Part shown: one piece after another, positions 16,795-25,701 of the stretch
Numbering within the stretch: position 1 is the first letter of the stretch
Layout: each line of letters opens with the position of its first letter
Source of the DNA: a virus
Taxonomy: Duplodnaviria; Caudoviricetes
DNA: 48,530 nt
Strand: one strand, 5' to 3'
IMG/VR virus record: IMGVR_UViG_3300044472_000066
Location: 1-48,530 of that record
Made by a program: the position numbers and the translations under genes
Notes under the pieces: model-generated
What the model saw: the letters and a program-made list of their open reading frames with translations, nothing else
Told to the model about the DNA's origin: nothing
Databases searched by the model: none

Positions 16795-17226
16795 TTATTG
16801 ATTGATCAAATGACAGTTATCCGCGAAATGAAATTTAGCCTCGGTGCCTTTTGGTACGATGATCCAGACGGTATTTCCCGCCGGTGGGGGACCACCGATT
16901 TGAAAGCAGCCATAAACAGCGCTGCCGATCTCGTTGTAAGCCTTGATCTGCTCTGGAGTGAGGTCTTTTCCCTGCCGCGCCGCGTCCGCCATAAGAATGC
17001 CTGTGCAGCCGCCGGCGAGCAGGACCGCAGCAAGGATCGTCGCCGGCACGAGGATCGATTCGGCGACCGGCCACCAATCGCGTAGGCGGGACCAAAGGCC
17101 TTGAGCCAGTCGCCAGGCCATGACAACGCCGAGGATCAGCAGCGCCAAAAAGAGCGCGGCGCAGGCAAAGAGCCAGTTACCCAGCAGCGCTAGAAAAAAA
17201 CCGTAGATAAATTTTAGCTCAGTCAT
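16795..17226 (-). CDS. membrane/lipoprotein (possible lysis accessory)
   Basis: TM helices; lipobox-like LAGGC. Confidence 0.5.
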   Translation of the reverse strand: MTELKFIYGFFLALLGNWLFACAALFLALLILGVVMAWRLAQGLWSRLRDWWPVAESILVPATILAAVLLAGGCTGILMADAARQGKDLTPEQIKAYNEIGSAVYGCFQIGGPPPAGNTVWIIVPKGTEAKFHFADNCHLINQ

Positions 17227-17468
17227 TTTTTTTCCTCTTGATGGAGATAGCCGGCCAATGTCTGCGAGAAGAGCACCAGCCAGCCGGTGGTTTCCGATGA
17301 GAATTTGATCCCGAGATCGTTTAGCAATGATATTCCTAATAATATGCCGCAGCCCCAGAGCGCGCCGCGACTGATCTTGCCCTCGACGGGCTGGTTGAGC
17401 GCGCCGAGAAGCCCGCCTTGTTTCGCTAAAGCAGTAGAATCTTCACCACGTTTTTGATCCTCTGCCAC
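17223..17468 (-). CDS. putative holin-like membrane protein
   Basis: 81 aa, two hydrophobic segments, charged C-terminus. Confidence 0.4.
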   Translation of the reverse strand: MAEDQKRGEDSTALAKQGGLLGALNQPVEGKISRGALWGCGILLGISLLNDLGIKFSSETTGWLVLFSQTLAGYLHQEEKK

Positions 17469-17611
17469 AAACTTTTCAGTTCCTGGAGCGCGTCGAACAT
17501 GGCGATCCGGTTACGCGAGTACTCCTCGATCTCGGCCAGGCGGCGCTTGATCTCCTCGATGCGCGCGCGTTTCTTGATATTGAAAGGGTCATCATTTTTT
17601 GACTCGGCCAT
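17426..17611 (-). CDS. small coiled-coil protein
   Basis: RIEEIKRRLAEIEE. Confidence 0.45.
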   Translation of the reverse strand: MAESKNDDPFNIKKRARIEEIKRRLAEIEEYSRNRIAMFDALQELKSLWQRIKNVVKILLL

Positions 17612-17786
17612 CTGTCATGACTGGCCTTTCTTTTTTGTACTCGGCCCAGGCGGCCGTGATCATTCCATCAACTCGCACACCCTGGCGCTGCGCGATGCCG
17701 GCGTCGAGAAGCCGAGCGATCAACAATAAAAGCGGACAGATGCAGGCCTCCGGATGATCCACCCTCGACCCTTGTTTCTCAGGCAT
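17592..17786 (-). CDS. hypothetical protein
   Basis: Coupled ORF. Confidence 0.4.
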   Translation of the reverse strand: MPEKQGSRVDHPEACICPLLLLIARLLDAGIAQRQGVRVDGMITAAWAEYKKERPVMTDGRVKK

Positions 17787-18063
17787 CAGATTTCCGTTCG
17801 TGCCATCGCGCGCCGAATTTGAGCGTTTGCAGGCGCGCGAGCATCGCCATGCAGCATAGCGTCAGTCGATGCTTCGCTTCTTCTTCGCCGCAATCGCCAA
17901 AATCGAAATTGACCGTGTGCAAATCGCCGCTAAAACGGCACTGAATAAGGCCGGAGAATTTCGCCCAATGAACCCTGGGCTCCTCGCCGCCGGTGGAGCG
18001 AATCTGGCGCTCGCAAAATCGCGTGAACTCCTCGCGCTCCTTAGCTTCCATAATTTTTACCAA
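17779..18063 (-). CDS. hypothetical protein
   Basis: Coupled ORF. Confidence 0.5.
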   Translation of the reverse strand: MVKIMEAKEREEFTRFCERQIRSTGGEEPRVHWAKFSGLIQCRFSGDLHTVNFDFGDCGEEEAKHRLTLCCMAMLARLQTLKFGARWHERKSDA

Positions 18064-18283
18064 AACTCCTTGGATCGATCTTCAATAACCGAGCTGCGGC
18101 GCTTTTATTGCCCTTGGTTTTGATCAGTGCCTTTTCGATGAGGCCGCGGCGGAAATCCTCCCGCGCTGTGATCAGATTGGGCAATACGGCCAAGGATTCG
18201 CTCTCGATTTGACGCCAATGTTCCTCGGCAAGATCATCGAGCACGGCGATTTTTCCCCGCAGGGCGATCATTTCGTAAATCAT
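18041..18283 (-). CDS. Fis-family HTH protein
   Basis: LIEKALIKTKGNKSAAARLLKI matches the Fis/HTH_8 signature. Confidence 0.8.
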   Translation of the reverse strand: MIYEMIALRGKIAVLDDLAEEHWRQIESESLAVLPNLITAREDFRRGLIEKALIKTKGNKSAAARLLKIDPRSFGKNYGS

Positions 18284-18302
18284 GACTCGATTGCCTTTTA
18301 AT

Positions 18303-18462
18303 AAAAAAAAGCCAGGGCGGCTTCTTTAAACGAAGCGGCCCCGGCCTCTTTCCGTCGACCGTCGACGAGCATCTCGCGTGTCGAGACTATGTCAAACCGC
18401 GCATTTCAAACCACTACTCCAAAAACGAAGATGATTATCCGCGAACCCTCCGATTCACGCAA
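18303..18462 (-). promoter_or_regulatory. Promoter-leader-terminator module C
   Basis: TTGCGT-17-GATAAT; hairpin CGTCG-ACGGT-CGACG; terminator GCCGGGGC...GCCCTGGC-T8. Confidence 0.7.
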
Positions 18463-18474
18463 GTCTAAGTCTAT

Positions 18475-18870
18475 TTAGAGCGCTGCCTCGACGTTGGTGC
18501 CGTCGCAAATCAGCAGCTTCTTATCTCCGTTCACCAGGTTGACGCCGGTGCCAGCGGCGGTCTTGACCGTGATCGTAAAACCGCCGGTGCAGCTATGTTT
18601 GACCAGATAGAGCTTTTTATTGTTCGGCACGATCACGTTGCGGTTGGCGGTCATTGCTCCGGTGAACTCCAGCCTCACCGAGCGCAGAGCCTTATAGAGA
18701 TTGCTCGCGGTATCCTGCGCGCTTCCAGTCGTCAGATCGATATCGGCCGTGGTGACGGCGATCTGTCTTTGCTCGGTGAGAGCAAGGTCGACCTGGTCGT
18801 CGGCGGTATTGGATTGCACGTAATTCGCGGCCGTATTGGCGGTGACCTGCTGGAGAGTTAAATTTCCCAT
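18475..18870 (-). CDS. tail fibre-associated protein
   Basis: FTGAMTANRNVIVP...GGFTITVKT...CDGTNV motif common in tail fibre modules. Confidence 0.65.
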   Translation of the reverse strand: MGNLTLQQVTANTAANYVQSNTADDQVDLALTEQRQIAVTTADIDLTTGSAQDTASNLYKALRSVRLEFTGAMTANRNVIVPNNKKLYLVKHSCTGGFTITVKTAAGTGVNLVNGDKKLLICDGTNVEAAL

Positions 18871-18872
18871 AA

Positions 18873-19121
18873 TCAGTTGATCACGAAATTATAATCTTCT
18901 TCGGAGGCCGGGACGATCTGCCGAAGCACGGTCACGCGCGGCATTTGCGAAAGATCGATGTCGCCGAAGTTGTCCAACAGGGCGACCCTCGGCGCCTGAG
19001 AAATATCGACATCGCCAAAGTTATTGAGCACCGAGACTCGCGGTGCCTGGCTGACATCGACATCGGCGGCGTCATGGGTCTGCGAAACTCGCGGCGCCTG
19101 GCTAACTCTTACATCAGGCAT
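18873..19121 (-). CDS. small repeat protein (4 x DVxxSQAPRV)
   Basis: Four 17-aa repeats. Confidence 0.6.
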   Translation of the reverse strand: MPDVRVSQAPRVSQTHDAADVDVSQAPRVSVLNNFGDVDISQAPRVALLDNFGDIDLSQMPRVTVLRQIVPASEEDYNFVIN

Positions 19122-20158
19122 CAGCTAATCCTCTTGAGTCCGTATTGCATCCCGTTGATTTCCGACGGCGTGAACGGATTGCTGGTCGCCGGGCTCACCG
19201 TCATTACGTCCGAGAGATAGGCATAGCTTCCATCGCTGGGAAAAAGCTCGGTGCCGAGATACTCGGTACTGCTAATTTTTAGAAGCGGCTTGAAGCTCGC
19301 CGTTCCGGCGGCCGATTTCTTCGCATACATGGTCGGAAAAAGCGCGATGACCTCGCTTGTAGTCGGGATATTCGGATAGGTGAGCAGCACCTTGTCATTG
19401 ACGTTTTGCAGTGCGGTATAGGTCGTGTCGTCATCGGGGTCCGCTTCATCGGTTGCCTGCCGACTATCAGCCGCGCCCGTGGCCACGCCGTCGTCGACGT
19501 CGCCCGTGCCAGTGGGGAGATCTTCGCGGACCTGGCAGTCGCCGTTCCAATCGTCGTCGCGCACGGGAATGAAATCGTCGAAATCGAGATTGACCGTTAC
19601 ACCAAAGCCGCCGCCATCGCTATTATTACAGAGCACCACCTCGTCCACGGTCGCGTTGGCCGTGTTCTGCGTATCGAGACCGGTAAATGCGGTAAGGGCG
19701 CTCTCATTGATACGGATGCTGACGCTGCCCGTACTGTTGTCAATGATCGATTTGACCTCGAAGTGATAGATCGTGTTGACGATGACGGAGAAAGTAGTCG
19801 TGCCCAGCACGGTTCCATTACCGCGGTACACTCGTATCGTGCCGTTTGTGAGGATTTCGAAATAGAGCTGCAAAGTCCCGGCGTCGTATAGCTCCAAAAA
19901 TCTCACCGGACTTACGGTGATGGGAATGGCTCCGAGCTTAAAGGAAAAAGCAGTATAAAGCGTGCCGATGCTGCCAATGGTTTTCCGCGCGCGCAGCGTG
20001 ACGACGCCGCTATTATTGCCGCTCAGCCGCAGGCCGCTCGTACTGTTTCGTCCATAGGCGCCTATGCTGATCGACCCAGAGCTGGCGCTCGTCGAGTTAA
20101 AATAAAAAGTCGGCGTAGTGTAGCAGTCAAAACCCGTCGGGCGGACCGGAAATCCCAT
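19121..20158 (-). CDS. putative receptor-binding/tail protein with lectin-like (LamG-type) beta sandwich
   Basis: Beta-rich; YHFEVK..IDNSTGSVSIRIN...DFDDF. Confidence 0.6.
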   Translation of the reverse strand: MGFPVRPTGFDCYTTPTFYFNSTSASSGSISIGAYGRNSTSGLRLSGNNSGVVTLRARKTIGSIGTLYTAFSFKLGAIPITVSPVRFLELYDAGTLQLYFEILTNGTIRVYRGNGTVLGTTTFSVIVNTIYHFEVKSIIDNSTGSVSIRINESALTAFTGLDTQNTANATVDEVVLCNNSDGGGFGVTVNLDFDDFIPVRDDDWNGDCQVREDLPTGTGDVDDGVATGAADSRQATDEADPDDDTTYTALQNVNDKVLLTYPNIPTTSEVIALFPTMYAKKSAAGTASFKPLLKISSTEYLGTELFPSDGSYAYLSDVMTVSPATSNPFTPSEINGMQYGLKRIS

Positions 20159-20171
20159 TTTTTAGGCCTCC

Positions 20172-20669
20172 TCAGTAGATGCGCGTCCCATAGATCGACC
20201 AGGTGCAGATTGCCAACGTCGCATCCGGTGTCGCCGGATTAAGGACGGTCAGATAATCCGAAACTCCATTGAAAGAAGTGTCAGAGCCAATCGTAAACGA
20301 GCCCAGGGCGACTCCCGCGCTGAAATTGATAGTAGCGAACTGCGTGCCGTTTTTTCTAACCGAGAGGGTAGTAGCCCCAGTCGCGGTGATCAGGGCGTGC
20401 GCGACGGTCGGATTGGACGCCGCGGGAATCAGGATCGGCACCGGCGGGATATGATGCGCGATGATTGCATTGCCAGGCTGGGTCGCCGTCATCGAGCCGG
20501 GGATAATATAGGTATTCGCTGCGATCAGCGCGGCGACCGCTTTTAAAAAATCCCGAGCATCGATCGCCTTGCTCCCCGCCGCTCCGAGACTCGGGCGGGT
20601 AAGCAGAAGCAAGTCTCCTGAAAGAACGTCGCTGACCGTCGCCAGATCGGGATAGACTTGGAAGCCCAT
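20172..20669 (-). CDS. tail accessory protein
   Basis: Follows the tail tip gene; beta-rich C-terminus. Confidence 0.6.
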   Translation of the reverse strand: MGFQVYPDLATVSDVLSGDLLLLTRPSLGAAGSKAIDARDFLKAVAALIAANTYIIPGSMTATQPGNAIIAHHIPPVPILIPAASNPTVAHALITATGATTLSVRKNGTQFATINFSAGVALGSFTIGSDTSFNGVSDYLTVLNPATPDATLAICTWSIYGTRIY

Positions 20670-20671
20670 TT

Positions 20672-21886
20672 CTAGTGCTGTACCTCCGCCGCTGTGTCAT
20701 CCTCGAAATGCATGATGTTGTGATCTTGGAAAAGAAGCGAAAAGGCCGTGATGCTCGAACCGCCGGGATTTAGGATGGCATGTCCCGCATAGCCCCGTCC
20801 CACGGCGGCACTCATCTGATAGATATTCACATGGAGATTCTCACTCTTGAGTCCGCCAAAATCGGTAGTCTGATCGGTATCGGAATAGTTCACGGTCGCC
20901 GTCGTCGACGTAAGCGTTCGCTTTACCGCGGTCTCATCGTCGCTCAAAATATCGATCTCATAGCTTTCGCTTTCCTCGCCCAGAGGCGGATCGTAAAAAT
21001 CGCGCCCGTTTCGTCCGACCAGCCGCGATCGGCGCCGCCAGATGATCACGACATTATCGCTCATGTCGAAGCTCGCCGAAACATCGGCGGGCGACCAGGG
21101 CTTGAGCGAAACTCCGGTATCGGTAAAGCGCGTGATCGCGGCGCTATCGAGTGATTGACCACTGGTGACTGCTTTGAAAAACGCCAGCTTGTCGAGATCG
21201 GCGAGTGTATCGTTGACTCGCTTGGTGCTGGCAATGTCGAGCCGGACAAATCGCTCCTGCCCACCGCCATGGGCTATAGCCCACTCCGTCCCTTTCCATC
21301 CCCTAACCATCGGCCCCAAAAGCCGCCAGCGGGTCGCGCTCAGTTGCTGGACGGCGGCATTGAGCAATATTTCGTTTCCGACCAGATATCCGACTTCACC
21401 GCGAAGCATATCGTCGGCGCTCATTGACTCTAGAGAGCCGCCCGGAAGCAGTTCGACATCGAGCCGGCTATCATAGTCGAGAACTGACGTGGGCCCGTCG
21501 ATCAGTTTAATTTCCGGCGTATAGGCGAGATTGAAGCCGATGACCGCCGGATCGTCGTCGATCAGGATCTCGGAAAATTCCGCGGTCTCATCATAACTCT
21601 TGAGCAAGAGCGCTGTGCTCCAGCTACTCGGCAGCATGCCGCGCATCGCCGCGTAAAAGCCCGCGCCATCGTCGGCATCTCGCAGAGTAGCGATATCCAT
21701 CAGCCTCAGAGCAGTCGAACCAGCGACCGAAAGCACGCTATTGGGATAGCCCATGCGATCGACCAGCTCGCCGATGGCGTGTGAGTTGTAAATCGAAGGG
21801 TCCTCGTCAAATATTTTTGCCGAGATGATTCCCTCGGCGCCGATCTGGATCTCTGAGACACGGCCGGAGATAATCCGCGTGGTCAT
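20672..21886 (-). CDS. tail tip protein, C-terminal part (GTA megatron / gpJ-like)
   Basis: WRRRSRL...PLGEESESYEIDI...IYQMSAAVGRGY motif. Confidence 0.8.
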   Translation of the reverse strand: MTTRIISGRVSEIQIGAEGIISAKIFDEDPSIYNSHAIGELVDRMGYPNSVLSVAGSTALRLMDIATLRDADDGAGFYAAMRGMLPSSWSTALLLKSYDETAEFSEILIDDDPAVIGFNLAYTPEIKLIDGPTSVLDYDSRLDVELLPGGSLESMSADDMLRGEVGYLVGNEILLNAAVQQLSATRWRLLGPMVRGWKGTEWAIAHGGGQERFVRLDIASTKRVNDTLADLDKLAFFKAVTSGQSLDSAAITRFTDTGVSLKPWSPADVSASFDMSDNVVIIWRRRSRLVGRNGRDFYDPPLGEESESYEIDILSDDETAVKRTLTSTTATVNYSDTDQTTDFGGLKSENLHVNIYQMSAAVGRGYAGHAILNPGGSSITAFSLLFQDHNIMHFEDDTAAEVQH

Positions 21887-24180
21887 GCCGCGACCTCCAG
21901 ATTGACCGGATCAGCGGCGTCGAGTTGCATATATCTACGCGAGAGCTTGATTTCTTTCGGACTGCGCTCGAGCCAGTGATCGGCCATCAGAACTTCGCTG
22001 ATTTGGCGCGCCTTGTGCGCGTTCATAACGATGGCGAGGTCGACAGTCTCGACCTGCTGTGACTCGGTGATGAGCCTGCAACTGTATTGATGCCCAGTCT
22101 CATAGTCTGCGTCCATATCGCGATAGCGCACGTGGACGCGGATCGGTAGCTCGGTCTCCTGGCCGCGCGTAGTGGAAAGTACCGCTGGCAGATCGGCGTC
22201 CACTCCGGGCCGGGCCGCCATATCCTCTTCCGGGATCGTTGCGACCGCGTTTTTTCCGCGCACGGGAAAATCCAAAAGCAAATCGCTCTCGCGTCCGTCG
22301 AAAAAGCCGAAGCGCTGGAGCGGCAGGATCGCGTCGCGTCCGCTCATCTGCTGGTCGAGCGTATAGCCGCAAAGTTCTTCCTGAAGGTCGCTGACATCGA
22401 TTTCATTTTCGTCGAGTCCGCATGAAACGCAGACATCGCGCACCGGGACATAAAGCCGCCCGCAAAGCCCCTGTGCGACCGGGGCCCAGGCGTGAACATT
22501 GATGTCAAAAATGCCGAAAACGTTCTGGCCGGTGTACCATATGCCATTTCGGATAAACAGATTCGGCGGCCCGTCGAAGAGCCCGCCGTTCGGCATGGCT
22601 GCGGTGCCAAGGGTCGTGAGTTTGTTGGTTGAGGGAACATATTCGTAGAAGCCGGCGCGCGAGCCCGTCGCGCCGCCGAAAAAATGGATCAGGTCGTCGT
22701 TATCGACCCAGAGCGAGGCTGCATACTCGTCGAGAGTAAAAGGGAGATTATACACTTGCACATCGGAGAGAGTCTCCAGATCGATCCTCAAAAGCGTGTT
22801 GCCACCGCGCAGAACCCACATGTAATTTTCGCCGACGTTCATGCCGATAATATGGCTCGGATCATAGCCCGAATCGCTGTTGATCGCCTCGGAATTTTGC
22901 AGATAGATCGCACCAGCCCCTTCGATGTTCAAAACGGCGACGTGGGCGTCGCCAACGTATCCGGCATTGAAGATCGCATAGAGTAGGTTGCCTTTCTTGT
23001 GCCACTGCGTGATCTCTGTAACGCCGAAGTCGTCATGCGCCCAGAGTTCCGTCGGAGGCCGTGCGATCTGCACGGCGCGATCGGGAAAAATGAGTACATG
23101 AGTGTTGAGCTCGGCGGTCATGAAAGCCGTTTCGTCGCTTCGCCCGAGCGTGGCGCTCGCGCTATCGTTCGGAAAAGGATTGTCGGGACGCTGGACATCT
23201 ATCACCGAGCCGTCGGCCAAGAGCTTATAGGTGCGCATTGCCGGCAGTCCGTCTTCTAAATAGCTCGTGTAATTGGTGAACCCCGGAAGAGCCGTCATGA
23301 CCTCGAGCTCTCCGTTGCCGTCGACGTAGCTCCAAGTGATCCGCCGTCCGGCGCCGTGGCCATATGCGTCGTTTACATCCCATAGCTGGATCTCGGTCCA
23401 GTCTTCGTTGCCATCGGTATAGACCTCGAAGCTGAATTGTGGGATCACGCCGTAATTGGTTACATCGAAATTTTGAAAGAGCGCGATAAATTGATTGCGA
23501 TACGCGCTCACGTTGCCAACGCCGGCGAGCGCCTCCATCGCCGGGATCGGCTGCTGTTCCTCGTTGCCGTCATAAAAAGTGATCGTGGCGTTGCCCAGAT
23601 TCATCGCGGTCGCGATGCGTGACGCTGCATCGAGATCGCTGCGCACATCGTAGATCAATTTCGCCCCCGCCCAGATGCGCAGCACTCCCTTAACTCTTCC
23701 GCCCGACTGCGAACAAATCGAAACGGCAAAATCGGCGTCATAGCTATAGACGACCGTTGATGCGCTGCCGCCCTTGCCCTTGCCTCCGGCGGTGATTTTG
23801 CGTGCATGCTCGCGGATGCCGCGCCCGCCTTTGCCATCGCTGCCGATCCATATAAGTTCCCCAGCCAGCCGCGACAAAAACCAGGTTCGTTTCATCGCCG
23901 AGCCGAAGGCGGCGCTTTGGACATGCAGATCGCTGAGCCTCGGTCCCTGAGTCGTGATGCCTGAGCTGCCATGGATAGCCGAAAATAAGGTCGACCCGAT
24001 CGACCATGCAAGAGAGGCGCCCTGGAAAATCGTGGATAGCGATAGTGTCCCTTCGAGCGCCCCCGCCGCCCCCGCCGCTACGCCGCCCTCGGCCGCCGCG
24101 GTGGCGACGGCTGCCCCGGCCGCGCCGAGTAACTCTGCTGCGCCGGCTCCCACCGCCGCTGCAACGCCGACAAAGGTCAT
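21883..24180 (-). CDS. tail tip protein, N-terminal part (phage-tail_3 / megatron-like)
   Basis: GPRLSDLHVQSAAFG, LRIWAGAKLIYD, SAYR, IPQFSFEV, QETELP...YRDMDADY. Confidence 0.85.
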   Translation of the reverse strand: MTFVGVAAAVGAGAAELLGAAGAAVATAAAEGGVAAGAAGALEGTLSLSTIFQGASLAWSIGSTLFSAIHGSSGITTQGPRLSDLHVQSAAFGSAMKRTWFLSRLAGELIWIGSDGKGGRGIREHARKITAGGKGKGGSASTVVYSYDADFAVSICSQSGGRVKGVLRIWAGAKLIYDVRSDLDAASRIATAMNLGNATITFYDGNEEQQPIPAMEALAGVGNVSAYRNQFIALFQNFDVTNYGVIPQFSFEVYTDGNEDWTEIQLWDVNDAYGHGAGRRITWSYVDGNGELEVMTALPGFTNYTSYLEDGLPAMRTYKLLADGSVIDVQRPDNPFPNDSASATLGRSDETAFMTAELNTHVLIFPDRAVQIARPPTELWAHDDFGVTEITQWHKKGNLLYAIFNAGYVGDAHVAVLNIEGAGAIYLQNSEAINSDSGYDPSHIIGMNVGENYMWVLRGGNTLLRIDLETLSDVQVYNLPFTLDEYAASLWVDNDDLIHFFGGATGSRAGFYEYVPSTNKLTTLGTAAMPNGGLFDGPPNLFIRNGIWYTGQNVFGIFDINVHAWAPVAQGLCGRLYVPVRDVCVSCGLDENEIDVSDLQEELCGYTLDQQMSGRDAILPLQRFGFFDGRESDLLLDFPVRGKNAVATIPEEDMAARPGVDADLPAVLSTTRGQETELPIRVHVRYRDMDADYETGHQYSCRLITESQQVETVDLAIVMNAHKARQISEVLMADHWLERSPKEIKLSRRYMQLDAADPVNLEVAA

Positions 24181-24743
24181 TCGGTGAGCTCCATTTTGGA
24201 TTTTGGATTCTCGAATTTGGGCTGTCCGGGTTTCGGATTTTCTGTAGCGAGGCCAATCTCGTCGTAGCTTTTGGCAATCAACTCGTCCTCGATCGCCCCG
24301 AGATTGTTCTCGCCTGAGAGCCTGGTGAGATGCACCGTCGTCCAAATTGTATCCTCTTCGGCATAGACGGCGCGTTTGAGGCCGACCTCGGAGATAAAAG
24401 TGCAAGGCGCCTCGAAATATTTCTTGCCGAATTCGGTGTTGACCGAAACCTTGCCCTTGAGGATAAAATTCAGATGCTGGTGCTTGTGAATCTTGCCGAT
24501 GATCAGAGTGCCTTTGGGGATAAATATCTCGCGCGCGTAGGTATAGCAGCCATATTCCTTGCTCAGAGGCGTGAAGCGGTGACGGAGCGGGCAGAGTTCC
24601 GCGCGATCGACGAGCCTGCCGCTCTTGATCGCCTCCACCATTTCGCGCTGGGCCTCTAGGATCGATGCACGAAATCGAATTTTCTCGGGCGCATTATGAT
24701 TTTCGATCACCGACAGAGACTCAATGCACACCGGATTTTTCAT
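24177..24743 (-). CDS. cupin-like protein
   Basis: YAREIFIPKGTLIIGKIHKHQHLNFILKG...KRAVYAEEDTIWTTVH. Confidence 0.75.
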   Translation of the reverse strand: MKNPVCIESLSVIENHNAPEKIRFRASILEAQREMVEAIKSGRLVDRAELCPLRHRFTPLSKEYGCYTYAREIFIPKGTLIIGKIHKHQHLNFILKGKVSVNTEFGKKYFEAPCTFISEVGLKRAVYAEEDTIWTTVHLTRLSGENNLGAIEDELIAKSYDEIGLATENPKPGQPKFENPKSKMELTE

Positions 24744-25159
24744 TTCAGGCCCCTGAATCTGTAAACCGCAACGATTCTTGTCTTATCCACTCCGGCAATT
24801 GGCCATTCTTCGACTTCACGCTCGGGCACGGCGTGGATCAGGGTGTTGCAGTCACTTAAGATGCCGACGTGCTGCGCGCCATCGCCCGTCGTGCGCAACC
24901 AGAGGATATCCCCCGGCCGCATCGCACCGAGCTCGCCTCGATCGAAAAGGGACTCCAAGACGGCGCGCATCTTGATCGGATTGGCCGAGCGCCCATAGTC
25001 GCATCGGCTCGCGTCGTGCTCGGAGATCAGGCCAAATTTTTCGCCGACCTTTACCACCAGCCCGGCGCAGTCCGCGGAGATACCCTTTAGCCGCCCTTGG
25101 TGGCGGAATGGCGTCCGTTTCCAAGTCCTGGCTTCGGCGACTATTTCCTGTCGGATCAT
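24740..25159 (-). CDS. NlpC/P60 tail-associated peptidase
   Basis: EARTWKRTPFRHQGR...DCAGLV...PGDIL...HVGI...IHA. Confidence 0.9.
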   Translation of the reverse strand: MIRQEIVAEARTWKRTPFRHQGRLKGISADCAGLVVKVGEKFGLISEHDASRCDYGRSANPIKMRAVLESLFDRGELGAMRPGDILWLRTTGDGAQHVGILSDCNTLIHAVPEREVEEWPIAGVDKTRIVAVYRFRGLK

Positions 25160-25701
25160 AGAGCCAATGCCTCGCGCCTGACTGTCTTGATCCATTTCGC
25201 GCCCGGTGTCTCGTGCAGCAGCCTGCGATGCTGTTCGCTCACCGGAGTCCCTTCCCAGTTTAACCCGACCGAGGTCGGCACGATGCCGTTATTCCATCGC
25301 TGCAAGCTCAAAAACTGTCCGCCGTTTGGCACATCTCCTACCCGGTGCCAATCCTCGGCGCCGACGATATAGAGCGAGCCGCGATTGGAAATTTCGCCGG
25401 CAGCCTTTGGCAGGTCGACGCCATTGAGGATCAGCGGAACATATTCCGCGAGGCAATACTCGACCGACTCGACATCCGGATGCCGATGATCGCGCGGAAA
25501 GCCGCGATTGGGCCGTAGCATGAAAAGCTCGGCCTGGAACGGCAGCTCGCGATGGAGCACGAGCGAAAGAACGGAGCCGAAGTCGTAGAATTCGCGCGGC
25601 ACAAGGCTCGCAAAAGGGAGCGCCAGAAAATATTTGACGAAATCTCCGAGGCGGCGGGTTTCGGATTTCAGGTTTCGGATTTCGGATTTTGCGCCGATCA
25701 T
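25156..25701 (-). CDS. cupin-like protein
   Basis: HRHPDVESVE...DWH...FLSLQRW. Confidence 0.65.
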   Translation of the reverse strand: MIGAKSEIRNLKSETRRLGDFVKYFLALPFASLVPREFYDFGSVLSLVLHRELPFQAELFMLRPNRGFPRDHRHPDVESVEYCLAEYVPLILNGVDLPKAAGEISNRGSLYIVGAEDWHRVGDVPNGGQFLSLQRWNNGIVPTSVGLNWEGTPVSEQHRRLLHETPGAKWIKTVRREALAL

